A stretch of 48,530 bases of DNA from a virus (taxonomy: Duplodnaviria > Caudoviricetes): the IMG/VR virus record IMGVR_UViG_3300044472_000066, positions 1 through 48,530 of that record; one strand, 5' to 3'. Both the position numbers and the translations under genes were made by a program. Shown in pieces: positions 35,903-45,108 of this stretch. Every line of letters starts with the position of its first letter. Position 1 is the first letter of the stretch. The notes beneath the pieces were generated by a model. It searched no databases. It saw only the letters and a list, made by a program, of their open reading frames with translations, and had not been told where the DNA came from.

Positions 35903-35909
35903 TTAGCAA

Positions 35910-36470
35910 TTAGCCAGCAAACTTAAGCGCCCTTGCAATCTCCTGCGGCACTTTTTCTTTCAAAAATTCCTGAATCTTGCTCCTGATTTTCCTGCGCGAA
36001 AAAACCAAAGCGACCGAAGGTCCGAAAAGTTCGCGCACCGGCAATCTTTTGTCTCTGATACGCTGGAATACGCCGATATGGCCGCTCTGCATGCGCGCGA
36101 TAAACGATCCGGGAATCAATTTGCTTTGCGGCCCATAGGTCACGCCGCCAGGAGGCCGGCGCCGTGTGACGCTTCGCGGCTTGGGAGCGATCTCATAGAT
36201 CGGTACGCGCTCCTTCTTCGAGGAAAGCGCCGTGAGCCTGGCCTCGGGCTTGGCGGCGCTCGCTTTTGAGAGTGAGAGATTTCGCCGGATCGATTTTTGC
36301 GCCGTGGCCCCGATGTCTTTTTGAATTTCCCTGACCGAAAGCGTGAACGCGCCCTGCGCCGCTCGATTGATGCCCGCGGCGGCAGCGCGTGGTGCGCGCT
36401 TGAGAATCTTCTCTTCGAGCTTGCGCTCTAGCCCGGCCTGGTCTGTGGAAACTTTTAAAGTCAACGCCAT
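35910..36470 (-). CDS. minor tail protein Z-like
   Basis: RAAAAGINRAA...SFIARMQSGHIGVFQR...LPVRELFGPSV. Confidence 0.8.
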   Translation of the reverse strand: MALTLKVSTDQAGLERKLEEKILKRAPRAAAAGINRAAQGAFTLSVREIQKDIGATAQKSIRRNLSLSKASAAKPEARLTALSSKKERVPIYEIAPKPRSVTRRRPPGGVTYGPQSKLIPGSFIARMQSGHIGVFQRIRDKRLPVRELFGPSVALVFSRRKIRSKIQEFLKEKVPQEIARALKFAG

Positions 36471-36480
36471 GGCTTTGTTC

Positions 36481-37431
36481 CTAGCAGTAATTCCTCGGAA
36501 TCCACTGATAATCGTCTGTCGCGCCATGGCGGTTGAAGTTAAGCTCCCAGGGTGGCTTGACGCGCACGTCGGCCCCGCAGGCATGGCAGCGCGGGCGCTC
36601 CGTCGACGCGAAGTGCCAGGGTTTCTCCCCGCCATAGAAAAAAATGATCCGCGCATCCTCTGGCGGCTTTGCCTTGTAGCGCCGGTCGCGGCAGATATTG
36701 GGCCAGCCGTAAACGCCATCCTCGCGAGTCCAACCGCTTTCGCCGTCGCCGAGAGAATGACGCATCCAGGCCTGGTCGGTGCCGAGATATCCATCGGCGG
36801 CACGCACGCTCGCGAGGCCTTTGAAATCTTCCCAGACTTTTTTCCGCGCGCCGGCCTTCATCATCCACATCGAGGCTTGATACACATTGACCTCGTCCTG
36901 GGGAATCTGCTCCAAGTGGCGCCGGTAAATCAGAAAATCCTCGTCGCGATCGAAAAGCGGATCGAGATTTTTTAAAACCACGCAGTCGAGATCGATCGAA
37001 ACAAAGCGCGGCACGATATTAAGCCCTTCGTGACCTTCGTGTCCTTCGTGGTGAAGAAGTATTTTCCCGAATTCCTCGCTGAATGCCTTCAGCCGCACAT
37101 AGCAGTTGGGCCTGTTCTCGGGCCAGGCGGGATTTCGGAGCTCGCGCCAATCGGACCAGAGGGGAACTGGCTCGATCAACGGATCGAAGTCCGCGCCCGG
37201 CGCCGAGCTGTCCCAGTCCGTGAGGAGGCACAGGCGGTGGGGCAGAGTCAGGTGTCGATGGATCATCCGTGCCCAGATATTTGCATGCTCCGGTGTATAG
37301 CGCGCCTTGCCGGTGGAACTTTTCCAAAGCCAGCCGACGACGGTCAACCGCTGGGTCTGCGTTCGATTCTCAGACGAAGAAAAGCCCAGATAGCCGGACT
37401 CGCGATCCGATATTTCAACCTGGGCTTCCAT
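36481..37431 (-). CDS. glycosyltransferase-like protein (GT-A/GT8-like), paralog of 45105-45836
   Basis: WLWK..YTPEHAN..RHL..LLTD, SIDLDCVV (DxD), GTDQAW, FYGGEKPW. Confidence 0.75.
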   Translation of the reverse strand: MEAQVEISDRESGYLGFSSSENRTQTQRLTVVGWLWKSSTGKARYTPEHANIWARMIHRHLTLPHRLCLLTDWDSSAPGADFDPLIEPVPLWSDWRELRNPAWPENRPNCYVRLKAFSEEFGKILLHHEGHEGHEGLNIVPRFVSIDLDCVVLKNLDPLFDRDEDFLIYRRHLEQIPQDEVNVYQASMWMMKAGARKKVWEDFKGLASVRAADGYLGTDQAWMRHSLGDGESGWTREDGVYGWPNICRDRRYKAKPPEDARIIFFYGGEKPWHFASTERPRCHACGADVRVKPPWELNFNRHGATDDYQWIPRNYC

Positions 37432-37457
37432 CCGATTTCGATCAGCGATCTAAAAGA

Positions 37458-38492
37458 TTAAGATGCGGCGCCGTTGTCGAGCTGGACGACCGCGCGCGGC
37501 TTGGTGCATAAGCACAGCGGGTTCATCTGCGCCTCGATATCGATGCCCTTGCCCATCGGCTTCATCTCGCTGCGCACTTCGATCGGCAGGCCGTCGGCAC
37601 TGGGAATCTGATTGACGCGGTCGACATAGTCCGAGGGACCGTTGCGCTGGATAAAAAGGCCCATAACGCCGGTCGGGAAGAGGTAGGCCTTGTCGCCTTC
37701 GACAAAGCTCACGCCGCCGACCGAGCCGCGATAGTTTTCCCAGACCACGCCACCGAACGCGATCGCGCCATAGGCGAGATCGGGCTCGCGCAAAAGCCGC
37801 GCGTCGGCACTGTTTAGATATTTGTCCTCGACCCGGTCGTGGCCGACGAACTGGTCGAAGAACGTATCGCCGCAGAGCGCGCGCCAGCCAGTGAAGGCGG
37901 CGTTGCCGAGGGCAGTCAATGAGAGGCGCTGGGCCTGGCGGATCTTTGCGAGAATATCGGTGGTCGAGCTGCCCAGTGCCATATTGAGAGTCTGCTGGGC
38001 GACACCGAACTCGGTGAACAGATTATAAATCGTGGTGATGCCGTCGGCATCGAGGATTTCGCCCTTGATCGCGCCGACCCGATGATATTCGAGAGTGGCT
38101 TGGAGCTTGAGCTGCATCTGCTGGAGCTTTTTGTCGCGCATGGACTCGACGGTGAGCCGGGCATTCTGAGGGGCCATACCGTTGGCATAGGCCCGCACGC
38201 TCTGGATCTCTTCGGCGCTGATGGCGTCCATCACCGGAATGTGCGGCACGATGAACGGCCGTGCCTTGCGGGCGTCGGTCGTGTTTGCCGCCGGTACGCC
38301 ACCGAAGGGCGCCGTCGGCACGAGCTTCAGAGTTTGATACTCTTCCTCGATCACGACCTTGCGATCGGGGATGCCCTGGACATCGAAAATCCCGAGCTGT
38401 CCTACCCGGCCGGGAACATAATCGATGTGACTCACGGCATCGGTCAGACTCGCCATCGTGAAAATATCTTTGAATACGTCGATAATATCCAT
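37458..38492 (-). CDS. major capsid protein (lambda E family)
   Basis: FTMASLTDAV...PHIP..D.I.AEEIQ...TLEYHRVGAIKG...EAQMNPLCLCTKP. Confidence 0.9.
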   Translation of the reverse strand: MDIIDVFKDIFTMASLTDAVSHIDYVPGRVGQLGIFDVQGIPDRKVVIEEEYQTLKLVPTAPFGGVPAANTTDARKARPFIVPHIPVMDAISAEEIQSVRAYANGMAPQNARLTVESMRDKKLQQMQLKLQATLEYHRVGAIKGEILDADGITTIYNLFTEFGVAQQTLNMALGSSTTDILAKIRQAQRLSLTALGNAAFTGWRALCGDTFFDQFVGHDRVEDKYLNSADARLLREPDLAYGAIAFGGVVWENYRGSVGGVSFVEGDKAYLFPTGVMGLFIQRNGPSDYVDRVNQIPSADGLPIEVRSEMKPMGKGIDIEAQMNPLCLCTKPRAVVQLDNGAAS

Positions 38493-38569
38493 TCTCTTCT
38501 CCTTATTTTTTGGTTTCGCGTCTTTCGTCCAGCGTCTAGCGTTTGGCGCCAGACCCCAGACGCTAAACC

Positions 38570-38941
38570 CTAGACGGCGGTCCTCAGTTTGATTCCGAGC
38601 GCGGCAAGATCGGTCTTGCCGTTGGTGATGTCGGTGGCGTCATTGGTCGAGGCCCAGACTAAAAGATCCGGATTCAGCTCGGCGTCTTTGACGATGATCA
38701 CGCCGTCCTTGTCGCCGCCGCTGGCATCGACATCCTCTCCGACGAGCACTCCGGCCGCCGCCTCGCTGCCGTCGTTGTTGTCGTCGTCATAGGCTTTGTA
38801 CTTGCCGGTCGACGTGATCTTGCCGACTACGGTGCCGAAGGCGAGATCCTGGCCGCTGACGATAGTCACATTCTCGCGCGATTGATGGCCGGGCAGCTCG
38901 GATAAAATCAGTCCGACCTTGACCTGTTCGGTTACGCTCAT
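38570..38941 (-). CDS. head decoration protein (gpD-like)
   Basis: SRENVTIVSGQDLAFGTVVGKIT...DGSEAAAGVL. Confidence 0.85.
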   Translation of the reverse strand: MSVTEQVKVGLILSELPGHQSRENVTIVSGQDLAFGTVVGKITSTGKYKAYDDDNNDGSEAAAGVLVGEDVDASGGDKDGVIIVKDAELNPDLLVWASTNDATDITNGKTDLAALGIKLRTAV

Positions 38942-40380
38942 GATTTCCTCCCGTGAAATTTTTCTTCTCTTTCCCGATAGCGCTTATTGATGGCGCGCGG
39001 ATCGAAGGGGACTGTCTCCCTTCCAACCGTGGACTGTGCCCTTTGATCCGGTCCTAGCTTGTTATCGATCTCGGGCCCCTGGCGCGCGATCAGCACGTCA
39101 AAAAGATCGTTGGCCACTTCGCCCACGCTCATGCCCGCCTTGATGTAGCCGTTGGCGCGCTCCGAGAGCTTGGCGGCGGCGCACCGGGCGCGTATCTTGT
39201 CGGCATCTGCGAGCTTGGCTCGCACGTCGTCGACGCCGAGTCCGCTGTCTAAAAAACTAGCCGCGGCATCGGCGATGCCGGCCTTTGCGCAGAGCGAGAC
39301 TATCTCTTTGGCAGATTTCTCGGCTTGGGCGCGGATCTCATGCGGGGACGGTCCTGCTTCCCGTGCCGAAGGCGCCGGGACTGTCCCCATTTCCTCCGAG
39401 TCTTTTATTTCCTCTTTGTCAGGGTCATTTTCCTCTTCGACCATTAGCAGGGAGTCCAGCGGCGCCGGAAGATTTTTAAAGCGCGACAAAGTCGCATTCG
39501 CCGCGATCTTGACAGCGCTCGTGACCTCGTCTGCCAGCCCGGCGGCGAGCGCCTCGGCGGCGGTGAACCAAGTATCCTCATTCATCCATTTTCTGATCTG
39601 GCTTGCGTCCTGGCCGGTCTTGGCGACGTAGGACGAGATCAGCCCGGCGGCGATCTTGTCGAGCGCGTCGGCCATATCGCGCATATCGGCGGCGTCCCCG
39701 ATCACCAACGCGAGCGGGTCATGGACAAATAAATACGTGTTCTCCGGCATAACCACGCGGTCGCCTGCCATGGCGATCACCGACGCGATGGACGCGGCGA
39801 CGCCATAGACGACGACGGTGAGGTTGGCGGGGTGGCGCTTGAGGGCATTATAAATAGCGACGCCATCAAACACTTCGCCGCCGTAGGAATTGAGGCGCAG
39901 CGTGATCGACTTGGCGTCGGGATATTTTTTTAGATCGGTGATGAAGTCCTTGGCGGTGACTCCCCAGAAGCCGATCTCATCGAAGATATCGATCTCGATC
40001 TCGCCGCCGTTTTGCGCTTTGATCGAGTACCAGGTTTTTTTATTGAGCATTTTTTTACCCTCTGTCAGTCCGAGCGCCTGGCGATGGGCTTGGAGATGAT
40101 CGATCACTTCCTGGCTGGCCTTTTGCCCAGTGCGCCCGCCGTTGGCGGCGGACCAGGCGGCGTCGAGACCGCCGCGATGCAGATACATGTCGCCGGAAGT
40201 GAAAACCCCCATGTCGTTTAGGTCGCCGCCGTTCTCCACCCAGTGATGCGGATAGCCCCAGCTAGATTTCTGGTCCGCCTCGCCTTGATCGGCGAAGGCA
40301 TTACGCGGCAGCTTGGTCTTGTCGACCGCGCTCCACTCAGGTTCGCTGTCGGCGAGCTTTGAATTGTGGGTCAGTGCCAT
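38938..40380 (-). CDS. ClpP-like head maturation protease/scaffold with an extra N-terminal domain
   Basis: IFDEIGFWG, LNSYGGEVFDG, AASIAS (Ser), VHDP (His), TWFTAAEA..GLAD. Confidence 0.9.
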   Translation of the reverse strand: MALTHNSKLADSEPEWSAVDKTKLPRNAFADQGEADQKSSWGYPHHWVENGGDLNDMGVFTSGDMYLHRGGLDAAWSAANGGRTGQKASQEVIDHLQAHRQALGLTEGKKMLNKKTWYSIKAQNGGEIEIDIFDEIGFWGVTAKDFITDLKKYPDAKSITLRLNSYGGEVFDGVAIYNALKRHPANLTVVVYGVAASIASVIAMAGDRVVMPENTYLFVHDPLALVIGDAADMRDMADALDKIAAGLISSYVAKTGQDASQIRKWMNEDTWFTAAEALAAGLADEVTSAVKIAANATLSRFKNLPAPLDSLLMVEEENDPDKEEIKDSEEMGTVPAPSAREAGPSPHEIRAQAEKSAKEIVSLCAKAGIADAAASFLDSGLGVDDVRAKLADADKIRARCAAAKLSERANGYIKAGMSVGEVANDLFDVLIARQGPEIDNKLGPDQRAQSTVGRETVPFDPRAINKRYREREEKFHGRKS

Positions 40381-40386
40381 TCGGTC

Positions 40387-40493
40387 AAAAAAAAAGCCGC
40401 GCCATCTTTTCGATGGGCGGCCTCTTGGGCTCCGGCCGGCGGAGCAAAGTCTCTTTAGGTCGCGATTATGCGCGATTGTTCCGCGCCGGTCAA
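40387..40493 (-). promoter_or_regulatory. Promoter-leader-terminator module B upstream of the head genes
   Basis: TTGACC-17-CATAAT; hairpin GCTCCG-CCGGC-CGGAGC; terminator GCCGCCCATC-GAAAA-GATGGCGCGGC-T9. Confidence 0.8.
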
Positions 40494-40548
40494 TCAGTAT
40501 CAATCAGTAACAGGCGGCATCGGCCCGGCGAAAGGGGATCTGGCGCGC

Positions 40549-42105
40549 TTATCCTTGCGCGGGCGGCCCGGCCGGAGCGGCGCCGGCGCCGACGGGATTG
40601 GTCCCGCCGTAATCTTCCGTGAGCCCCATCTGCTGCGCGCGCTGGTCATCTTCCTGGCGCTCCTGGTCAATCTCGCGGATGTCTTCGCCCGCTTCGCTTG
40701 CCACGCGCTTTCGACTCGTGAGTCCGGCCTTCAGCCGGGCGAGATCGGCGTTGGCATCCTGGAGCTCGTGCAGGTACGGCCAGCCCTCTGGATGGCAAGC
40801 GACCTTTAAATAGCTCTCGCGCTGATTTTCGTAGTCGGCTGGCTCGGGCAGTGCCCCAGAGACGATCGCCATATCGATAAAGTCTCGCCATATCGGATAG
40901 CAGACTTGGGGGACGGTCAATTGCCAGCGATCTTGCTCTAAAATGCGGTGATACTCAGCGAGCACGACCCTGAGCGTCCGGTCGTTGAGCTTGGAGAAAT
41001 CGCCGCTGAGAAACTCATAGGGCACATCCTGGCCGGCGCCGATGCCGAGAAGCTGCTGGCGGATAAAATCCGCATAGCCCTGGCCGGTCGTGTCGCCTTC
41101 GAACATGGTCACGTCTTCACCGGGCAATAGCTGGATCATCGAGCCGCCCTCCACGTTTTGGATGCCGACGCCCGAGGCGTCTTTCTCCAAGGTCTCGCCC
41201 GTGAAGGGATCGAACTTGTAGTCATTCTCATCGAAGGCGGCGCGCCGCAACACGCCGCTGTAGGCCGCCTTATTTTTTTTGCGCAAAAGCTCCGCGTCAT
41301 CATACTCGTCGAACTCGCGCGCCTTGATCATCGCCTGGACAATCGCCGGCAGGCCGCGGATCTGGCCGGGCCGCAGGATCGCATAGTGGTGCAGGATCTC
41401 GGAGGCGGGGATTGGCACGATGTCGAGATTAACGAACTGGCTGGTGAAAAAGAAGTCATCGGGGTGGCTCCGATACATGAAATAAGCCGTGCGCTGCCCG
41501 ATCGCGTTGAACTCAATACCCGCCTTTACAACCCGGCCGGGAAAACTGGTCGTCGCTGCCCCTTGATTGTGTGGGCAAAACTCTGGCTCAAGCAACTGGT
41601 ACTGCAAGGGCACGGGCAGGCCACTGTCGGGCCGTCGCACGCGGCGGCGAAGAAAAATCTCGCCCGCGGCCCGCCGCGTCCTGACGACCTGAGCGAGCAT
41701 GCCATTGAAATCCATCATGCCGTCGGCGTCGAAATACTGAACCTGTCTTTCCCAGAGATCGTCGGCCTGCTGATTAAATGCCTGATCGGGGCTTTGCGCC
41801 TTGAACGTGATACCGCAGCCGATCTCGTTGGCGACCCAGCTATTGACCCCGCGTGCAATCCAAGGATTATTGCGCACCAGCTCGCGCGCGCGCTGGCGGA
41901 GCAGAGTCAGATCGCCGAGCATGGCGCTGTTCGGCCCAAGCGAGCCAGGTTGCCAGAGTCTGAGCCGCCGTCCAGCCTTCGCCGCCTCATAGGCTGCTCT
42001 AGCGCGAAGGGCGCCGGCCGGTTTCCGATTGCCGATTTTAGATTTCCGATTTGTCAAAGGCGCCTTCGGCTGTTTTCGTTTGTTCCTCGCGCGTGGCTTT
42101 TTCAT
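40549..42105 (-). CDS. portal protein, lambda family
   Basis: LRQRARELVRNNP, GIEFNAIGQRTAY, RPGQIRGLP, YEFLSGDFS. Confidence 0.93.
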   Translation of the reverse strand: MKKPRARNKRKQPKAPLTNRKSKIGNRKPAGALRARAAYEAAKAGRRLRLWQPGSLGPNSAMLGDLTLLRQRARELVRNNPWIARGVNSWVANEIGCGITFKAQSPDQAFNQQADDLWERQVQYFDADGMMDFNGMLAQVVRTRRAAGEIFLRRRVRRPDSGLPVPLQYQLLEPEFCPHNQGAATTSFPGRVVKAGIEFNAIGQRTAYFMYRSHPDDFFFTSQFVNLDIVPIPASEILHHYAILRPGQIRGLPAIVQAMIKAREFDEYDDAELLRKKNKAAYSGVLRRAAFDENDYKFDPFTGETLEKDASGVGIQNVEGGSMIQLLPGEDVTMFEGDTTGQGYADFIRQQLLGIGAGQDVPYEFLSGDFSKLNDRTLRVVLAEYHRILEQDRWQLTVPQVCYPIWRDFIDMAIVSGALPEPADYENQRESYLKVACHPEGWPYLHELQDANADLARLKAGLTSRKRVASEAGEDIREIDQERQEDDQRAQQMGLTEDYGGTNPVGAGAAPAGPPAQG

Positions 42106-42111
42106 TTTAGT

Positions 42112-42324
42112 TTAAAGTCCCTTGGAATATCGCGAGCGCAGCAGCCGCGGCCGGTTCTGCACATTGGCATTGATCGTATCGAGCAGCTTTTGAAGATCCC
42201 CGACATCGGCGATCTGATAGGTCTCCGAGCGATCGGCCGTGGTGACCGAGGTCACCCGCTTGCCCTCCGCGATGTCGCGGATAGCGTCCAAAATAATCTC
42301 GCGGTCAGCGGTAGTCCAAGGCAT
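42112..42324 (-). CDS. head-tail joining protein gpW-like
   Basis: AIRDIAEGKRVTSV..DRSETY...DLQKL; immediately before the portal. Confidence 0.8.
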   Translation of the reverse strand: MPWTTADREIILDAIRDIAEGKRVTSVTTADRSETYQIADVGDLQKLLDTINANVQNRPRLLRSRYSKGL

Positions 42325-42372
42325 GGCTTCGGTCGATTCGCTCCTTATTGCAAATGGCAGATCACAAATTTC

Positions 42373-42502
42373 AAAAAAAAGGCCTCTTTCTTTGGCATCT
42401 GAGATCTGAGATCTGAGATGCTGCGAAAGTGGCCTCATTTCCCGCAGGCCTCGCGGGTCAATGTTTGACGACGATTATCGGTTAAGCAAGAGAAACGCGC
42501 AA
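42373..42502 (-). promoter_or_regulatory. Promoter-leader-terminator module A upstream of gpW/portal
   Basis: TTGCGC-17-GATAAT; hairpin CCCGC-GAGGCCT-GCGGG; terminator GGCCACTTTC...GAAAGAGGCC-T8 with (ATCTCAG)3 in the loop. Confidence 0.7.
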
Positions 42503-42523
42503 GCGGATCGATCTCTCTCCCAT

Positions 42524-42591
42524 GCCTTGCCCTGCCAGGCCTCGCCTTGCCCTGCCAGGCCTCGCCTCGCCCTGCCTTGCAAGGCCAGGCC
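42524..42591. repeat. Pentamer-based tandem repeat (GCCTTGCCCTGCCAGGCCTC x2 plus degenerate copies)
   Basis: Seen directly. Confidence 0.85.
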
Positions 42592-42867
42592 TGCGTGGTG
42601 AAATTATTTTTTTTCTCTTCGGAGAATGAATGCATCACCGACCGTGGAAATAAAATCTGTCGGCGTCAGCACTCCCGAAAGCTTTGGCAACTTCTTCTGT
42701 CGGGAAAATCGTCTCATGATCGTAAGGTCGAGCCCGACGAGAGTCTGCTCCCTTTGGATCGCCGCGCGCTCCTCCGGGCTGATTCCGCTTAGTTCACCTT
42801 GCGCCCGCCAAGGCCGGAGCGGATTTTCGATTTTAGTCCGCGCGGGGCTTCTTCTTTTGGATTTTGG

Positions 42868-43578
42868 TCATCGCGGACTCAGAAGTCTCAGCAGATATCC
42901 GCCCGCACTGCCGATATCGATGGCTTGGATGCCGCGGGCGGCGAGGCGGTTGGCCAGACACGTCGCTGTCGGACCGCAGCTGAGCAGGATTATCTCTGGT
43001 TTGCCGCGCGAGAGCGCGCGTTCGAGCTTATCGATCCTTGAGTACGCTTCCCGATGCGGGCAGCCGATCAGTCTGATTTTTTTGGCCGACAGCGCGACGA
43101 CCTTGCGGATCTTATTGCCGCGTTCCGATAAGACAGCAATACGTTTTCCGGCCCAGAGCTTTTCCATGTCGCGCGCGAACTCGATGCAATTGATCCACGG
43201 CGCGGAGTCGGGCCGAGTGATAAAGGCACTGTAATAGATCATTTCGCCGTTCATGAGCCTGGAGAAACGCTTTGCGTGGCGGAGCCAGCCTGCGAACTTC
43301 GGCCCCTCGGGGTCGAGAGTCGGCGCGCCGACGATGCAATGGCGATGCGGCGAACGGAATACGGTCAGCAGCTCCGCCGCAAGCTCCTCGGAGGGCGGCT
43401 CGCGGAAATAGCCCTGGGCATCCATGCACTTTAGCTCGCCGTCGCCGAAGCGCGCGATGGAGAAGCCGCCAAGCAGCTTTGCGAGAGTCGTTGACTCGGT
43501 GGCCACCGGAGGATAAAAACTCGGCCTGATGACTTTGATCGCCTCTCCCTCGTCAGGAGATGGCCGAGGCGCACTCAT
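42868..43578 (-). CDS. GT-D fold (DUF1792-like) glycosyltransferase
   Basis: SIARFGDGE...LSCGPTATCLA..L...AIDIG signature. Confidence 0.85.
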   Translation of the reverse strand: MSAPRPSPDEGEAIKVIRPSFYPPVATESTTLAKLLGGFSIARFGDGELKCMDAQGYFREPPSEELAAELLTVFRSPHRHCIVGAPTLDPEGPKFAGWLRHAKRFSRLMNGEMIYYSAFITRPDSAPWINCIEFARDMEKLWAGKRIAVLSERGNKIRKVVALSAKKIRLIGCPHREAYSRIDKLERALSRGKPEIILLSCGPTATCLANRLAARGIQAIDIGSAGGYLLRLLSPR

Positions 43579-44378
43579 AGCTCTCTCTTCCATGAAAACC
43601 TGAGAGGATTTTTCGGCGCGGTGTCGCCACGGCGCTCTTTTTCTTTTTTGCGCCGCTTATACTCGATGGGGTCACGCGACAGGGTCCACTCGTTGGCATC
43701 CGCGATCTCGCTGCGCGTGTATACTTCGAGCCTAATCGGCAACGGCAGCATCAGCGGCGGGCCGGCGATCGATTCGAGCCGATGCAGAAATGGATTGCCG
43801 CCGCCGATAGCGCCGGAATAGTCCTCATCATAGCCGCCGACTTTCCAGTAAAGATCGCGCCGGATTAGATAGGAGTCGACATGCGGGTGAATCTCGCCGA
43901 ACTCGGCGTCGGGCGCGATCCTATCTTTTTTCCGCGTCTCATCGGCGCGGCCACGGCGCCAGCGTGGAAACTGATACCAGTCATTTTGGATTTTAGAGCC
44001 TCGCCTCATCTTGATGAAATCAGATAGCGCGATCGCTGCGTCCGCTGGGAAAATGTGATCGATGTCGACCTGGACGATCCAGTCCGCGCCCGCCAAATGC
44101 GCACCAAGATTGCGCGCGCCGCCCCGGTTCCATGGAATGTCAACGTCGATCCGATATAATCGCACCGCATCGCTCCCTCGAAAGTCCGGGCGCAAATTCC
44201 GCCGAATGATCGGCAGCGCGGGCTCCGGTGAACCGTCGTCGATGCAAATGACGTTCAGGCTGGGCGGATTGTTGGGATGCCATCCCCCCATCTGATATTT
44301 GTTCCACTCCTCAACCTGACGCTTGAGCATCGCGCAGTTGCGATAAAACGGGACGATCAAAGTGAGCGCTGCTTCCAT
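43575..44378 (-). CDS. GT2/GT7-like glycosyltransferase
   Basis: LIVPFY, IDDGS, GGARNLG, VDIDH, WKVGGYDEDYSG. Confidence 0.88.
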   Translation of the reverse strand: MEAALTLIVPFYRNCAMLKRQVEEWNKYQMGGWHPNNPPSLNVICIDDGSPEPALPIIRRNLRPDFRGSDAVRLYRIDVDIPWNRGGARNLGAHLAGADWIVQVDIDHIFPADAAIALSDFIKMRRGSKIQNDWYQFPRWRRGRADETRKKDRIAPDAEFGEIHPHVDSYLIRRDLYWKVGGYDEDYSGAIGGGNPFLHRLESIAGPPLMLPLPIRLEVYTRSEIADANEWTLSRDPIEYKRRKKEKERRGDTAPKNPLRFSWKREL

Positions 44379-44542
44379 CGAGGCTCGTAAACTTCCAGCA
44401 TGGCTTTTAGTCTGGCGGCCAACTCGGGATATTTTTCGAACTGACCCAAGTCGCGCATCAGATCGTGATAGGCCTTCAATGTTTTATAGCCGTACTCAGC
44501 TCGCTGGCTCTCGACCGTCATGCTCCGATCATTTTCAGCCAA
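44357..44542 (-). CDS. hypothetical protein
   Basis: Coupled small ORF. Confidence 0.45.
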   Translation of the reverse strand: MAENDRSMTVESQRAEYGYKTLKAYHDLMRDLGQFEKYPELAARLKAMLEVYEPRWKQRSL

Positions 44543-45108
44543 TTCTTGATCCTCGCCCCATGAGTCTCGCCGATCATCACGTCGCGCGCGAAAGCGACGC
44601 GCGGAAAGCCGATGCCTGCGCGTTTTAGCCTCTCCCTTACTTCCCGCTCGCGGTGCTTCTGGGAGTCGATCTTTCGCACATCGAAGTCGATCATTGCATA
44701 GGAGACTTTTCTGAACTCATCAGAGTCGAGTAGATCATCGAGGATATCGCATTCCGCGCCCTCGCAGTTGAGCTTCAAGAAAACCTCGTCGCCCTCATCG
44801 ATAAATTGCCTGAACCATTCGCTAGCGCGGCGAAACTCACAAGTCTCCCTATCGTCGCGCGCACTCTTTTCTTTTTTCCAGATGCTCGCGCCCTTTCGCC
44901 CCGGCTCGATCAACGGTCGCTCGCAGTTCTGGTTCCAAAGTCCGAAACGGGCGATAAAGGTTCTCTCGTCCGCCAACTCTGATAGGTAAGACCAGCATAT
45001 GCTCGCCGGCTCGAAGCAGACGATGCGGTCAAATGCGAAGACCGGGTCCAGCGCCGCGGCGAGAGTCTGCCCGGTGTTCGCACCGACGTCTAAGAAAATC
45101 TTCCTCAT
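44518..45108 (-). CDS. FkbM-family SAM-dependent methyltransferase
   Basis: FLDVGANTGQ, CFEP, LKLNCEGAE..IL. Confidence 0.88.
   Translation of the reverse strand: MRKIFLDVGANTGQTLAAALDPVFAFDRIVCFEPASICWSYLSELADERTFIARFGLWNQNCERPLIEPGRKGASIWKKEKSARDDRETCEFRRASEWFRQFIDEGDEVFLKLNCEGAECDILDDLLDSDEFRKVSYAMIDFDVRKIDSQKHREREVRERLKRAGIGFPRVAFARDVMIGETHGARIKNWLKMIGA

Noticed and set aside
41158-42402. Long + strand ORFs (e.g. 41158-42402, 32407-33297, 28284-29087, 35207-35926)
   Set aside because: They are antisense shadows of well-supported - strand genes in GC-rich DNA, with no recognisable motifs.
21883-42870. Genome-wide TGA stop-codon reassignment to explain the split genes
   Set aside because: The hub and tail-tip splits change frame, core genes are intact under code 11, and many genes end in coupled ATGA stops.
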